This document shows, in pieces, positions 36,025-46,784 of a stretch of 64,000 bases of DNA. The position numbers and the translations under genes were made by a program. Location of the stretch: contig JABVCE010000009.1 in the NCBI GenBank assembly GCA_014905635.1, positions 434,001-498,000 on the forward strand, given 5' to 3'. The notes beneath the pieces are model-generated. The model was not told where the DNA came from. It saw nothing but the letters and a program-made list of their open reading frames with translations, and did not search any database. The first letter of the stretch is position 1. Every line of letters begins with the position of its first letter. Source of the stretch: Scenedesmus sp. PABB004 (lineage: Eukaryota).

Positions 36025-36293
36025 CGCGGCGGCGGCCCGAGCGGGCTGCGCGCCCAGGGCGCAGCGGGCTGAGCCGCGGCCGTGCGCCGCCGCCGCCGCC
36101 GGTCGTGGAAGGTGGGCGCGCTCGCCCGGCGGCCAGTGTGTGTCACGCTCGCGCCTGCGGCCTCTCGGCGGACCAGCCACGCGCCCGTGGCTCGCCCAGC
36201 TGCTCGCGGCCATCGACCGCTCCAGCAGCGCGCCCCCGCAGCCCATTGGCTCCGCACCGGCGCCGGGACATCGTGCCGTGAGCCCCGGTCGCC

Positions 36294-36719
36294 ATGCAGG
36301 CCCTGCGGGGCGGTGGCGCGGCGCTCCGGGGCGGCAGCAGCAGCAGCAGCAGCCGAGCGCGATGCCGCCTCGGCGCGGCGCGCCCGGGCGGCTGCTGGCG
36401 GCGGCGCGCCATCGAGGAGAAGCGTGACAACAACGCGGGCAGCTCGGTGTCGTCGTCGCCCGACACGCTGTCGCCGGAGCAGCTGGCCAAGCTCGCGGAG
36501 CTGCGGCGGCAGCGCGCCGAGGCGGGCGCGGCGCCGGCGCCGAGCGGCAACGTGGTGCAGGGCGCGCTGGAGGAGGCGCAGCTCATCAGCTGGCCCACGC
36601 CGGGCAAGGCGCTGCTCGACACGGTGCTCGTGCTCGCGATCGTGGCGGCGACGGGCGCGATGCTCTTCTCGCTGAACGTGCTGCTCGCCGACGCGAGCGG
36701 CTGGTGGTACAGCCACTGA
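36294..36719 (+). CDS. SECE1: Plastid preprotein translocase subunit SecE, intronless
   Basis: Transit-peptide-like N-terminus, then GALEEAQLISWPTPGKALLDTVLVLAIVAATGAMLFSLNVLL (SecE W-P motif plus a single TM helix). Confidence 0.88.
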   Translation: MQALRGGGAALRGGSSSSSSRARCRLGAARPGGCWRRRAIEEKRDNNAGSSVSSSPDTLSPEQLAKLAELRRQRAEAGAAPAPSGNVVQGALEEAQLISWPTPGKALLDTVLVLAIVAATGAMLFSLNVLLADASGWWYSH

Positions 36720-36925
36720 GCGCGCGCGGGTGGCGGCAGCAGCAGCAAGCGGGGTGGGGCGCGCCCGCGTGCGCGGGCGGCGGCGGCCGGGGCGCCCGTG
36801 CGCGGCGAGCAGCGTCTAAATCATGAGAGAGCGCGGGCGCGGGCGAGCGGGGGCGGCGCGACCCGCGGTAATCGAGCACATGCACACCGCGAGCGCCGGC
36901 GGGCGGTCGGTCAGCGAGGGGGCCG

Positions 36926-36930
36926 TTACA
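36926..36930 (-). promoter_or_regulatory. Candidate TGTAA polyadenylation signal for the DUF3067 gene
   Basis: TTACA on the + strand, 40 nt downstream of the stop at 36970. Confidence 0.45.
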
Positions 36931-36969
36931 GCCGGGCGGGCGCGCGGCGCGCCGCTCGTGGGCGGCGCG

Positions 36970-38212
36970 TCAGCTGTAGCCGCTGCCAAACCACTCGTCG
37001 ATAACTGGCTGCGGGAGGTCGAAGCGGATGGTGATGGCCGTCCCGACGACCGGCCGGCGCGGGAGGCCGTTCTGGCTCTTCGCGGGCGCCGACAGGAACG
37101 CGCGCACCTGCACGCGGCGCGGCGGCGCCGCGCCGTCAGCCGGGGCGCGCGCGCCGGCGCGGGCGCGGGCGCGGGCGGGCGCGGCGCGGCGGCGGCGCGC
37201 GTGCGCGCCTTGTCCGTCTGCCCGAGCGCGTTGCAGAGCGCGGCGACGCCTTCGAGTTTTTCAGCGTACTGGGAGGGCGACATCTTGAAGCTCCGCTGCT
37301 CCGCGTGCAGCCACATGATGTTGAGGCTTGGCGCGGTGCGGCGCCGGCGGCGGCGCAGGCGAGCGGTCGGCGACGCGGAGCAGCAGCGGCGCGGGCAGCG
37401 GCTGGGGCCGCGGGCGCCGGCGGCGGTGGCGCACGGCCGCCGCGGCGCGCTCACCTCACAAACGTCTTCATGCCCGGGACCTCCCGCTTGACAAAGCTCA
37501 GGTCGTACTGCTTGCCGTACCTGCACGGCCGGCCACGGCGGCGCGCGGGGGCGCTCGCGCTCGCGCTGCCGCGCGCGCCCCGTTGCGCGGCGCGGCTGGG
37601 CCGCGCGCGGGCGCGGGAGACGAAGGCCGCACCCTCCCGCCCACGCCCGCGCGCGCCGCACTTGGTGAGCAGCAGCGAGCGGATCTCGGGCCCCGTGAGC
37701 GGCGCGGCCGCGGCCGCCGCTGCGGCCGCGTCGTCGCCGCCCGCGTCGCCGCCCGCCGCGACGGCGAGCTGGCTAATGCGCGACCCGAGCGCGGCGCTGA
37801 TCTCGTCGTCGTCGCTCTCGCTGAACGACCGCGACGCCGCCTCGCCCAGCAGCGCGCTGCTGCTGGAAGGCCCGCCGCCAGCGGCGCCCGGGGGGCTGCC
37901 CGCACGCAGCTGGCTTATGCGGTCCGCGAGCGCCGCCGCCTCGGACGGCGGCGCGCCAGGCTCCCGCTCCTCACGCGCCGCGGGAGGAGGGTCGTACTGC
38001 TGCAGGCGCCAGATGCGCGCAGACTTGGGCGCCCAGGCCTCAAAGTCAAACATGCTGCGCAGAAAGTCGCCCACGCCGCGCGCGGCTATGCTGCCGCGCG
38101 CGACCACGGTGCCGGCCAGGCTGCCGCGCGGCGCCGCCGGCGCGGCGCGGCGCGGCGCGGCGCTCCACTCCCGTGGCTGGCATGGCCTGCTGCCGCCCCG
38201 CCGGGGCAGCAT
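36970..38212 (-). CDS. DUF3067 family protein (cyanobacterial/plastid type)
   Basis: LTGPEIRSLLLTK|YGKQYDLSFVKR..|SLNIMWLHAEQRSFKMSPSQYAEKLEGVA..LGQTDK|VRAFL..RPVVGTAITIRFDL..DEWF; Arg/Ala-rich transit-like N-terminus. Confidence 0.8.
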
Positions 38213-38569
38213 GGCGCCGGCGGTGCGCTGCCGCAGGGCGGTGCGCTGCCGCAGGGCGGCGCGGCAGCAGAGCGCGTGGCCGGGAGCGCTCGCGGGGGGC
38301 GGCGGCGCCGCGGGGGCTTGGCGGCGGTCGCGGAGGAGGCGCAGGGTCAACACTGGACAGGGCAGGGCGTGGGCGCTCAAGGCAGGCGCAGGAGCCTGAA
38401 CCGCCAGCGGCAGCGCAGCGCGGGGCAGCCGGCGTGCTTCTCGTCCGGCCTGGCCCGTCGCGCCGTCTCCGCGCGTGTTTTCCCAACTCGTTCGTGGCTC
38501 GCGCGCCGCGCGGCGTCGCTCCCCCCGCCCGGCCCGCGCCCGCCCGGGCGGCCGAGGCGCGAACGCGGG

Positions 38570-41262
38570 ATGGGGTGGCGCCTGACGGCGCCCCCGGGCG
38601 TGCTTGAAGCCGTGGCCGGCGGCGGCAGCGGCCTGCTGGTCGCCGCGGTGGACGGCGCGTCGAACGCCGCGGCGCTCGTGGCGGCGCTGCCCGCGCCGGC
38701 CGCCGGCACGCTCGCCGATGCAGCAGGTGCGCCTGGCACGGCGGCTGGGCGCCTGTGCCGCTTCCGGCGCCGCTGCGGCCGCCGCGCGGCATCGGGATCG
38801 GGCGGGCGGCGCCGCAACCGCCGCCGCCCGCCCCGCGCGTGCGCCGCCGCCGCGCAGAGGCGCTCGCGCCGCTGCTGCCGCAGGGCCTGCGGGCGGTGGG
38901 GAGCTACGGGGCGTCGGTCGGGGGCCTGTGGGCTCCGGCCGCGAGCCCGGCGGTGACCGCCGCCGGGGGCTCGTGGCGCGTCGACGGTGCGCCGGCGCCG
39001 GCGCCGGCGGCAGCAGCAGCAGCGGCGCCGCCGGCGGGCGGCGACGGCGACGCGACGCTCGACGTCGCTGCTGGCTTCGTGCCGCTCAGGTGCGGGCCGG
39101 CCGCGCCGGCGGCGGCAGCCGCACCACCCGTCCGTCCCTCGCCCACCTACGCGCCCCCGCGCCCCCGTGCCGCGTGGCCCAGGTGCCGCCTGGACGTGCA
39201 CCTGCAGGTGCTGCACCCGGCGGGCGGCGCCGGCGGCGGCGCCGCGCTGCCCGCGGCGGCGATCGCGGCAGCGTTTGAGCAGCTGGAGCAGAGCCTGCTC
39301 ACGCCGCAGCTCGCGCTGGTCAGCGACCCGGCGGCCGGCGGCGAGCAGCAGGCGCAGCTGGCCGTGACCAGCAGCAGCACGGGCACCGTCGGCGAGCTGC
39401 TGAGCGCGGCCGCCGCCGCCGCCAGCCCCTGCCTCAGCCTGCTGCCGCTGCAGCGCACGGGCGGCGGTGGCGGCGGCGGCGGCGGCGCGCCGCCCGCGCC
39501 GCAGTTTGAGTTTGAGCCCGCGGCGGCGCCGCAGCAGCTGACGCGCGTGCCGCTGGGGCTGGACGTGCTGTGCTACGCGCCGGCCGGCCTGCCGGCGGGC
39601 CAGCTCGCGGCCGCGCTCGTCGCGCCCGCGCTGCGGCGGCAGCTCGCCGCGCTGCGGCGCGACGCGGAGGCCGCGGCCGCGGCGGGCACGGCGCCGGCGC
39701 CGCTGCGCGCGCACCACTTCACGCCGCCGCCGCTCGGCGGGCTGGCGGTCACCCTGGCCTACCCGGAGCTGCCGGGCGGCGCCGAGGCGGCCGAGGCGAA
39801 GCTGCTCCCGCGGCGCCGCGCGCTGCACGCGGCGCTGGGCCTGCCGGACGACGTGCCGATGCTCAAGCTCGCCAACGCGCTCTCCTGGGCGCGCCGCGAC
39901 GGCGTGCCGCGCAGCCTACGCCTGCGCAACGTGCACGAGGGCCTCGCCCCGCCCGGTGCGCCGCGCCGCGCCGCCGCGCCTCCGCCGCGCGGCCCGCCGC
40001 CGCCCTGCCCTCTCCAGGGCTGGCCGTGCAGACGCGCGCCGCCGGCGCGTCGCTGACGGGCGGCGGCGCGGGGCGCAGGGTTTGGTGGCCGCCTGTACCT
40101 CGTGGACGGGGCGTACGACTACCACCACTACATGCAGGCAAGGGACTGTCGCTTGGTTGATCTGCTTGGTTTGTTTGTTTGATCGTGTTTGTGCAACTGT
40201 GCCTGCGTGTGTGGCGGAGGAGCGCGGGGCGAGAGCTGGGCGCGAGGGCTGAGCGCCGGGCGGCCCCGTGGGTCTGCCGGGGCGCCGTCGACCGGGCCGC
40301 GCCGCGACCCGCCGCCGCCGCCGGCGCCGCGGCTTGCAGGACAAGTTCAACGACAGCGGCTGGGGCTGCGCCTACCGCAGCCTGCAGACGATCGTGTCGT
40401 GGTTCCGCGCGCAGCGCTACACGAGCAAGCCCGTGCCGGGGCACACGTGCGTGTGCCACGCGCCGCGCGCCGCGCGCCGCTCGCCACGCCGCGCCGCCGA
40501 CGCGCGCGCGCCGCGCCCGCCGCCTCGCAGGGAGATCCAGGAGCTGCTCGTCGCGCTGGGCGACAAGGAGCCGTCGTTCGTGGGCAGCTCCAACTGGATT
40601 GGAGCGATCGAGCTGGGCTACGTGCTGGACGAGTACCTCGGCGTCACCTGCAAGGCGCGCCCGCGCAGCCCGCCGCGTCTGCTGCCGCCCGCCGCGCCCG
40701 CCGCCGCCCGCGCCGCCCGCCGCGCCCGCCGCTTCGCGTGCGTGGGCGCGTCGCCGCCGCCGCCGCCGCCAGTGAGTGCGTTGCCGACGTGTGCGTCGTC
40801 GCCGCCGCCACGTGCGCAGGTGCTGACGGTCAACCGCGGCGCCGACATCCCCAGCCACGCGCGCGCGCTCGCCGCGCACTTTTCGAGCCAGGGCACGCCC
40901 GTGATGATCGGCGGCGGCGTGCTCGCGTACACGCTGCTCGGCGTCGCGTGGGACGAGGGCACCGGCGAGGCCGCCTTCCTCATCCTCGACCCCCACTACA
41001 CCGGCGGTGAGCGCGGGCGCTCGGGCGCCGCCGCGCCTGGGCGCCGCCGCGCCCGGGCGTGCCCCGTGGCGCGGCTGCGTTTGTCCTCACGCCGCGCGGC
41101 GCGCGCGGCGTGGCGCGCGCAGGCGAGGACCTGCGCAAGGTGCAGGGCGGGACGTGGGTCGGGTGGAAGCAGCTCGGCGACAGCGCCGCCGCGGGCGGGC
41201 CCCTGTTCGTGGCGGACGCGTTCTACAACTTCCTCTGCCCCCAGCGCCCGCGCAGCGTGTGA
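38570..41262 (+). CDS. UFSP2: Ufm1-specific protease 2 (peptidase C78)
   Basis: [66 protein letters not shown]; the long N-terminal domain is present. Confidence 0.95.
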
Positions 41263-41809
41263 GGCGCAGCGGCGGCTGCGGGGGTGCTGCCGTCGTGCGC
41301 GGCGCGCGCCGCCGACCCGGCGTCGGGTCGGGGCACCGCGCCGCGGCGGCGGCGGCGGCGGCGGCGCGGTGTGGTGGTCAGGCGCGGTGCGTCTGCTGCC
41401 GAGCCTCGAGCACGTGCCATCCTCGCGGCGGGGCGTCACGTGCGGCGGCGGCGCCGCCGGTGACTCTGTGCCGCCGGCGCTGGGCCGCCGTTCCGGTCGC
41501 CGCGTGATTCAGAGAGGGCGCCCCCGCGCGCGCGGCAGGCGGCACGGCACGCAGCGGCGAAGCGGAGGCGCCCCGAGCGCCGCGCCCCGTGCCGCTCGTG
41601 ACGACGCGCGTGCCGCGGCGTCGCCGCCAGCCGACGGCCGACGCGCGCAGGGAGCGCGCCGGCAGCGCGTGCCGCGGCCAGATCGGCGCCCGAGCCCTCC
41701 CCAGCAGACATGGCGCCCGTGCTCGAGCACCAGCGGCGCTTTTCCTGACGACGGGGGCACACCGGCGCCTCCCGAGCCGCTCCAGGGCACAGCGGGCGGG
41801 CGGCGGGCC

Positions 41810-44800
41810 ATGGCGGCAAAACGCAGCGACGGCGGCGACAAGGGCTGCGCCGCGTGGGCGGCGGCGCTGCGCGCCAAGTTCAGCTCCAGGGCCGCCAGCG
41901 GTGAGCGCGGTCGCTGCACGTGCCCATGTCCGCCCGCCAAGCCGGCGGCCAGGCGTGCAGGGCGTCGGCGGCACCGCCGCGCGCCCACCCCGCTGCTGCC
42001 GCCGCTGCTGCCGCTGCCGCAGCCGTCGACATGAGCCCCGGCGCGTTGATACTGGGACTGGCGGTCTACTGCGGTGCGCGACGGCGGCGGCGGCGGCGGC
42101 TCGTGCCAGTGCGGCGCACGCCCGAAGTGAGCCGCGCGGCAGCTCACCCCGCGCGCGCCGGGCGCGCACGCCCGCGCAGGCCTCTGGTTCGGCGCGCCCG
42201 AGTCCTGGGCGCCAGGCGGGCCGTGGTTTGCGATGCTCGCGCTCTGGGCCGCGTCGCTGGCGGTGGCGGAGGTGGCGTCGTGGGTGAGCGCGCGGCGGGG
42301 CGGCGCGCCAGCCGCGGGGGTGCCAGCCGCGGGCCCGCCGCCCAACCCCGCCGCCGCCTGCCCGACCCCGCCGCCCTCCCCCCCCCCCCCCCGCAGTTCA
42401 AGATTCCACGCGCGCCGGCCATGGTCCTCACCGGCATGGCGCTCGCCCAGATCCCCAACTCGGCCACGCTCGCGCTGCCAGAGTCGTGGGCGAGCATCAT
42501 CCGCGCGCTCGCCCTCGCAATGGCGCTGCTGCGCGGCGGCCTGGAGCTCGACCTGGGGGTGCGCGCGCGCGCGGCGCGCGCGGCACGCGCGGCGCGCGCA
42601 GCACGCGCAGCACGTGCCGCGCATCGCGCGCGCGCGCCGCGCTCGGGGGCGCGGCCGACGCCCGCGCCCGGCCGCGCGCCGCCGCCGGCGCCCGCCGCGG
42701 CGCCGCGGCGCAGACGATCTGGCGCCTCAAGGGCCCCGCGCTCGCGTACACGATCGGGCCGATGGTCTGCGTGGTGCTCGCCGTCGCGGGCGTGAGCGCC
42801 GCGCTCGTGCGCATGCCGGTGATGCTGGGGCTCGCCTTTGGCTTTGTGCTCAACGCCACCGCGCCGGGCATCATCGTCCCCCAGATGGTCATCCTCGCGG
42901 GCCAGGGCCGCGGCATCAAGTCGGGTGCGGATCGCGCCGCGCCGCGCCGCGCACCCGACGGCCGCCCCGCACCGCACCGCCCCCGGCGGCGCAGCGGGGC
43001 CGACGCCGCCACCGCTCCGCCGCCGCGCCGCCGCCGCACTACTCGCGCGTGCCGCCAGGCGCGACGATGATCGCGATCGTCGGCTCGGTGCTGGACCAGG
43101 TGGCCAACATCACGGGCTTTGCGGTCGTGTTCAACATCGCGCTGCCTGCGGGCGACTCGTCGCTCGCGTGGACGATCTGCAAGGGCCCGACCGGCATCGT
43201 CGTCGGTTTTGTCGCGGGCATCGTGCTCGGCGTCGTGTGCGGCTGCACGCGCGTGTGGAACTCGACCGCCAAGCGCTGCGGCGCCGTGGTCCTGCTGGGT
43301 GCGGCGCGGCGGCGGCCGGGGCGGGCGCCGCCCGTGCGCCGCCGGCGCCGCGCGCGCACGCCGCGGCCGACGCCGCGCGCCGCGCCACTCCCCGCCGCGC
43401 TGCCGCAGTGCTGATGCTGATGCTTGTCATGCGCAGCAGCTTCCTGCAGGTGGGCCGGCGGCCCCGCGCCCGCGCCGCCGCCGCCGCGGGCAGCGCCCGC
43501 CCGCCGGGCCAGCGGCGCCGCGGGCCGGCGCGCGCGCGAACGGCTCGCCGAGCGCGCCGCGCCGCCGCCGCGCCGCGCCGCGCCCGCAGTCGGTGACCGG
43601 CGGCGCGATCGGGTCGCTCGTGGTCGGGCTGCTCGTCCCGGTCATGTGGGAGCGCGGCTGGCCGCGCTGGCTGTCCGAGGGCGCGCGCGATCACTATGCT
43701 CACACGGTCGAGTACGCCGTGCGCAAGACCTGGGCGTGGGTGTTTGAGCCGCTGCTGTTCGGCACGATCGCGTACGACATCGTCTTTGCCACGATGGAGC
43801 GCTCGCTCGCGGCGCTCGCGCTCGCCATGGTCTTCATCTCCCAGGCCGTGCGCTTTGCGAGCGCGGCGCTCACGATGCTCGCGCTGCGCTTCTCGTGGCG
43901 CGAGTCGCTCTTCTTTGCCATTACCTGGATGCCCAAGGGCGCCGTGCAGGCCGCGCTGGGCTCGGCGCCGCTCGCGGTGATGCAGCACACGCTGATCAGC
44001 ATGGCGCAGGGCGGCGCCGCCGGGCCGGCGGTGTATGGCGAGCGCGACCTCGCCTGGGGGCGGCTGATCAAGACGAGCGGCACGCTCGCGATCGCCATCT
44101 TCACCGCGCTCGGCGCGCTCGGCATCGAAAAGGTCTCCCCGCTCCTGCTCGCGCCCGAGGTGCGGCGGCGCCGACGCGCCGCGCAGCCCGCGCGCCGCGC
44201 GCGGCGGGCCCGCGCGCCGACGCGCGCCCGCCGCGCCGCGCCCGCGCCCGCGCTCGCCAGAAAACCACGATCGAGCAGCTCGAGGAGGAGCTGGAGACGC
44301 TGGAGCAGGCCGAGGCCGAGCTGGCCAAGGACGACTCGCTCTACGCCGGCAGCCTGCCCGGCGCGCCAGACGGCGACGGCGACGGCGACGGCGACGCGCC
44401 GGCGCCGGCGCCGGCGCCGTCGGCGGCGGCCCCCGCCGCGGCGGCGACGCTCGCGGCGATGCGGATGCGCGGCACGCTGCCGCGCCTGCAGCGCATACGG
44501 AGCCTGCGCAGCAGCTTCCGCGACAGCGGGCGCTTCGACGTCGACCGGCAGCTCGCGATCTGTGAGGAGGCGGAGGCGGAGGGCGGCGGGCTGCCGGGCG
44601 CCACGCTCAAGTGCGCCGGGCGCCGGCCCGCACGCTGCGCCGCGCGCGGCGCAGCGCGCGGGCCTCGGCACGCGGGCGTTGGCCCCAGCTCGGCCTCACC
44701 CGCCCCGCCCGCCCGCCCGCCCACGCCGCCTCGCAGGCCGGACGACGCGCTGACGCAGGAGCTGCTGTCGCACCCGCACAAGCTCAAGTCGTACTTCCTC

Positions 44801-45325
44801 GCCGTGCATGACCTGCTCGACCTGCTCGGCCGCAACCGCGACCAGCCGCTCTCGGCCCTGCCCAGCGCCGAGCGCCTGCTGCGCAGCATCGCGCACTACG
44901 AGGAGGTGCGGCGGGGTTTAAGGGTCAAGGCCTAAACCTAAACCCCGCGCGCGCGCGGGGCGCCGCGGGGCGCCAGGGGGCGCGGGAGGGCCGCGCGCGC
45001 GCGCGCGCGCGTGCGTTCGCGGGGCAGGAAGGCCGCGCACACGCGGCGCGCCGCGCGCGACGCCCATGCGCGTCTGCCACCGCGCCCGCAGGGTCTGTAC
45101 ACCGCGGAGCAGAGCGACGCGCGGCAGCTGCTCAAGGCGTACAAGGAGCTGGGGCAGCTGCGCGCGCTGCGCACCGCGCTCGTGCCGGGCCCGGGCCCGG
45201 CGGCGCCGGGCCCGGCGGCGGCGCAGCCCGAGCACGGCATGCACCGCCACCGCAGCACGAGCATGCCGGTGCGCTTCGGAGGCGCGCCGGGGGCGGCGGC
45301 GGCGCTGCGGAACAACATGGTGTGA
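41810..45325 (+). CDS. Cation/H+ antiporter, NHA/SLC9B-like, with a long cytosolic C-terminus
   Basis: [91 protein letters not shown]; many TM segments. Confidence 0.87.
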
Positions 45326-45745
45326 GCGCGCCGGCGCGCGCGCCGCACCGGGTTCCGTTGGCGCGCGCACAGCCAGTGCCTTGCCAGCGCCTGCTGGGCC
45401 TGGGTGTGTGCGGGCATGCTAGTCGGGTATGGAACACATGTATTGCTTGCCATGACAATCACCTGCATAACGCGTGGCCGCGGCGCACGCGCGCGGGGCG
45501 GCCCCTGACAGGCGCTTCGTCAGACTGGGGCTTAGGGTGCCGCGCCGCGGCAGGCTTGCTGCGCCGCCGCTGCGGCCGGCCACACACGCACGGGCCTCTG
45601 AATCCCAACTCCCTACACACAAACCCTCGCACTCGGCCGACGGCCGCCGCGTGGCCGCCGCGCGGCGCCGCCGTCGACGGCAAGCACGCGCTTTGCCCAG
45701 CTCATTCAAATTTAATTCGCACTTCCTGTCCTCCTCCCGCGCGAC

Positions 45746-46492
45746 ATGGCCGCGTCCCTCGCGCGCGGCGCGGCACACACGCGCGGGGCCGCTCGAGCCG
45801 CGCCCGCCAGCTCGCGTGGAGCCCCGCGGCCGCGCGCCGCGCTGGCGAGCATGCGCGCTGGAGAGACCAGCAGCCGAGGCGCGAGCGGCAGCAGCAGCGG
45901 CGGCAGCGGCCGCCACGCGGCGGCGGCGGCAGCAGCGGCGGCCGCTGCGCAGTCGGCGGCTGGCGCGCGCCGGTGGCTGGGGCGGAGCTGGCCGCGCGCA
46001 GTCTCCGCGCACGCTGAGCAGACAGACGCGGTGGCGGAGCTCGCCGCCGATGACGGCGACGACTCCCGCACCTTTGCTCTCGCTCTGGCCAGGGCGGCGG
46101 ACGACACGAAGGCGGCGGATATTTCCGTCCTGCACGTTGAGCCGCTCGTGAGCTGGTGCCGCTATATGGTCCTCGCGAGCGTGTCGAGCCGGCCGCAGCT
46201 GCTCGCGTGCCTCGGCCGCATGGAGGACGCGGGCGCGGCGGCGGGCCGGGAGAAGCTCGGCACGCCCGGCAAGAGCCAGTGGGAGGTGCTCGACTATGGC
46301 GACGTCGTCGCGCACGTCTTTGCCGACGAGCAGCGCGCGCACTTTGATCTGGACAGCTTCTACGCCGCCGCGGAGGAGGTGGAGCTGCCGTTCCTGCCGG
46401 GCGGCGGCGCCGGCGGCGGCGCGGGCAGCGGCCGCAGCGCGGGCGCGCCGCCGCCGCCGCCGGGCGGCGGCGTGTGGTCCAAGGCGCTGTGA
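45746..46492 (+). CDS. IOJAP: Iojap / ribosome silencing factor RsfS, probably plastid; intronless
   Basis: ADDTKAADISVLHV..YMVLASVSSRPQL..WEVLDYGDVVAHVFADEQRAHFDLDSFY. Confidence 0.92.
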   Translation: MAASLARGAAHTRGAARAAPASSRGAPRPRAALASMRAGETSSRGASGSSSGGSGRHAAAAAAAAAAAQSAAGARRWLGRSWPRAVSAHAEQTDAVAELAADDGDDSRTFALALARAADDTKAADISVLHVEPLVSWCRYMVLASVSSRPQLLACLGRMEDAGAAAGREKLGTPGKSQWEVLDYGDVVAHVFADEQRAHFDLDSFYAAAEEVELPFLPGGGAGGGAGSGRSAGAPPPPPGGGVWSKAL

Positions 46493-46784
46493 CGGCGCCA
46501 GCGCGGCGCTGGTCGCGGCCGGCTGGTAAGCGGGAACGCAGGCGTGTTGTTGCCGGCCCGACGCAACGTCGCGCGCCCGCGCCCCCACAACCCGCCGCTC
46601 GGCCGGCAGACGCCCGTCAGCTCGCGCGCCGCTCCGTAAAAGCTCTGGTGTACACGCCGCACGGTCGCCGCGCCGCGGTGGTGGTACAGGGCAGCACGCG
46701 CGCCGGCGCAGCCCGGCGGCCAGCCCGGCCAGCCCGCGCGCCCAGCTCGGCCCCGGCCGCCAACAGAGAGGTCGGCAGCCGCCC

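Noticed and set aside
13149..41262. Functional cluster linking the Ubl fusion with UFSP2
   Set aside because: The genes are about 23 kb apart with unrelated genes between them; UFSP2 is UFM1-specific, whereas this Ubl ends in ubiquitin-type LRGG.
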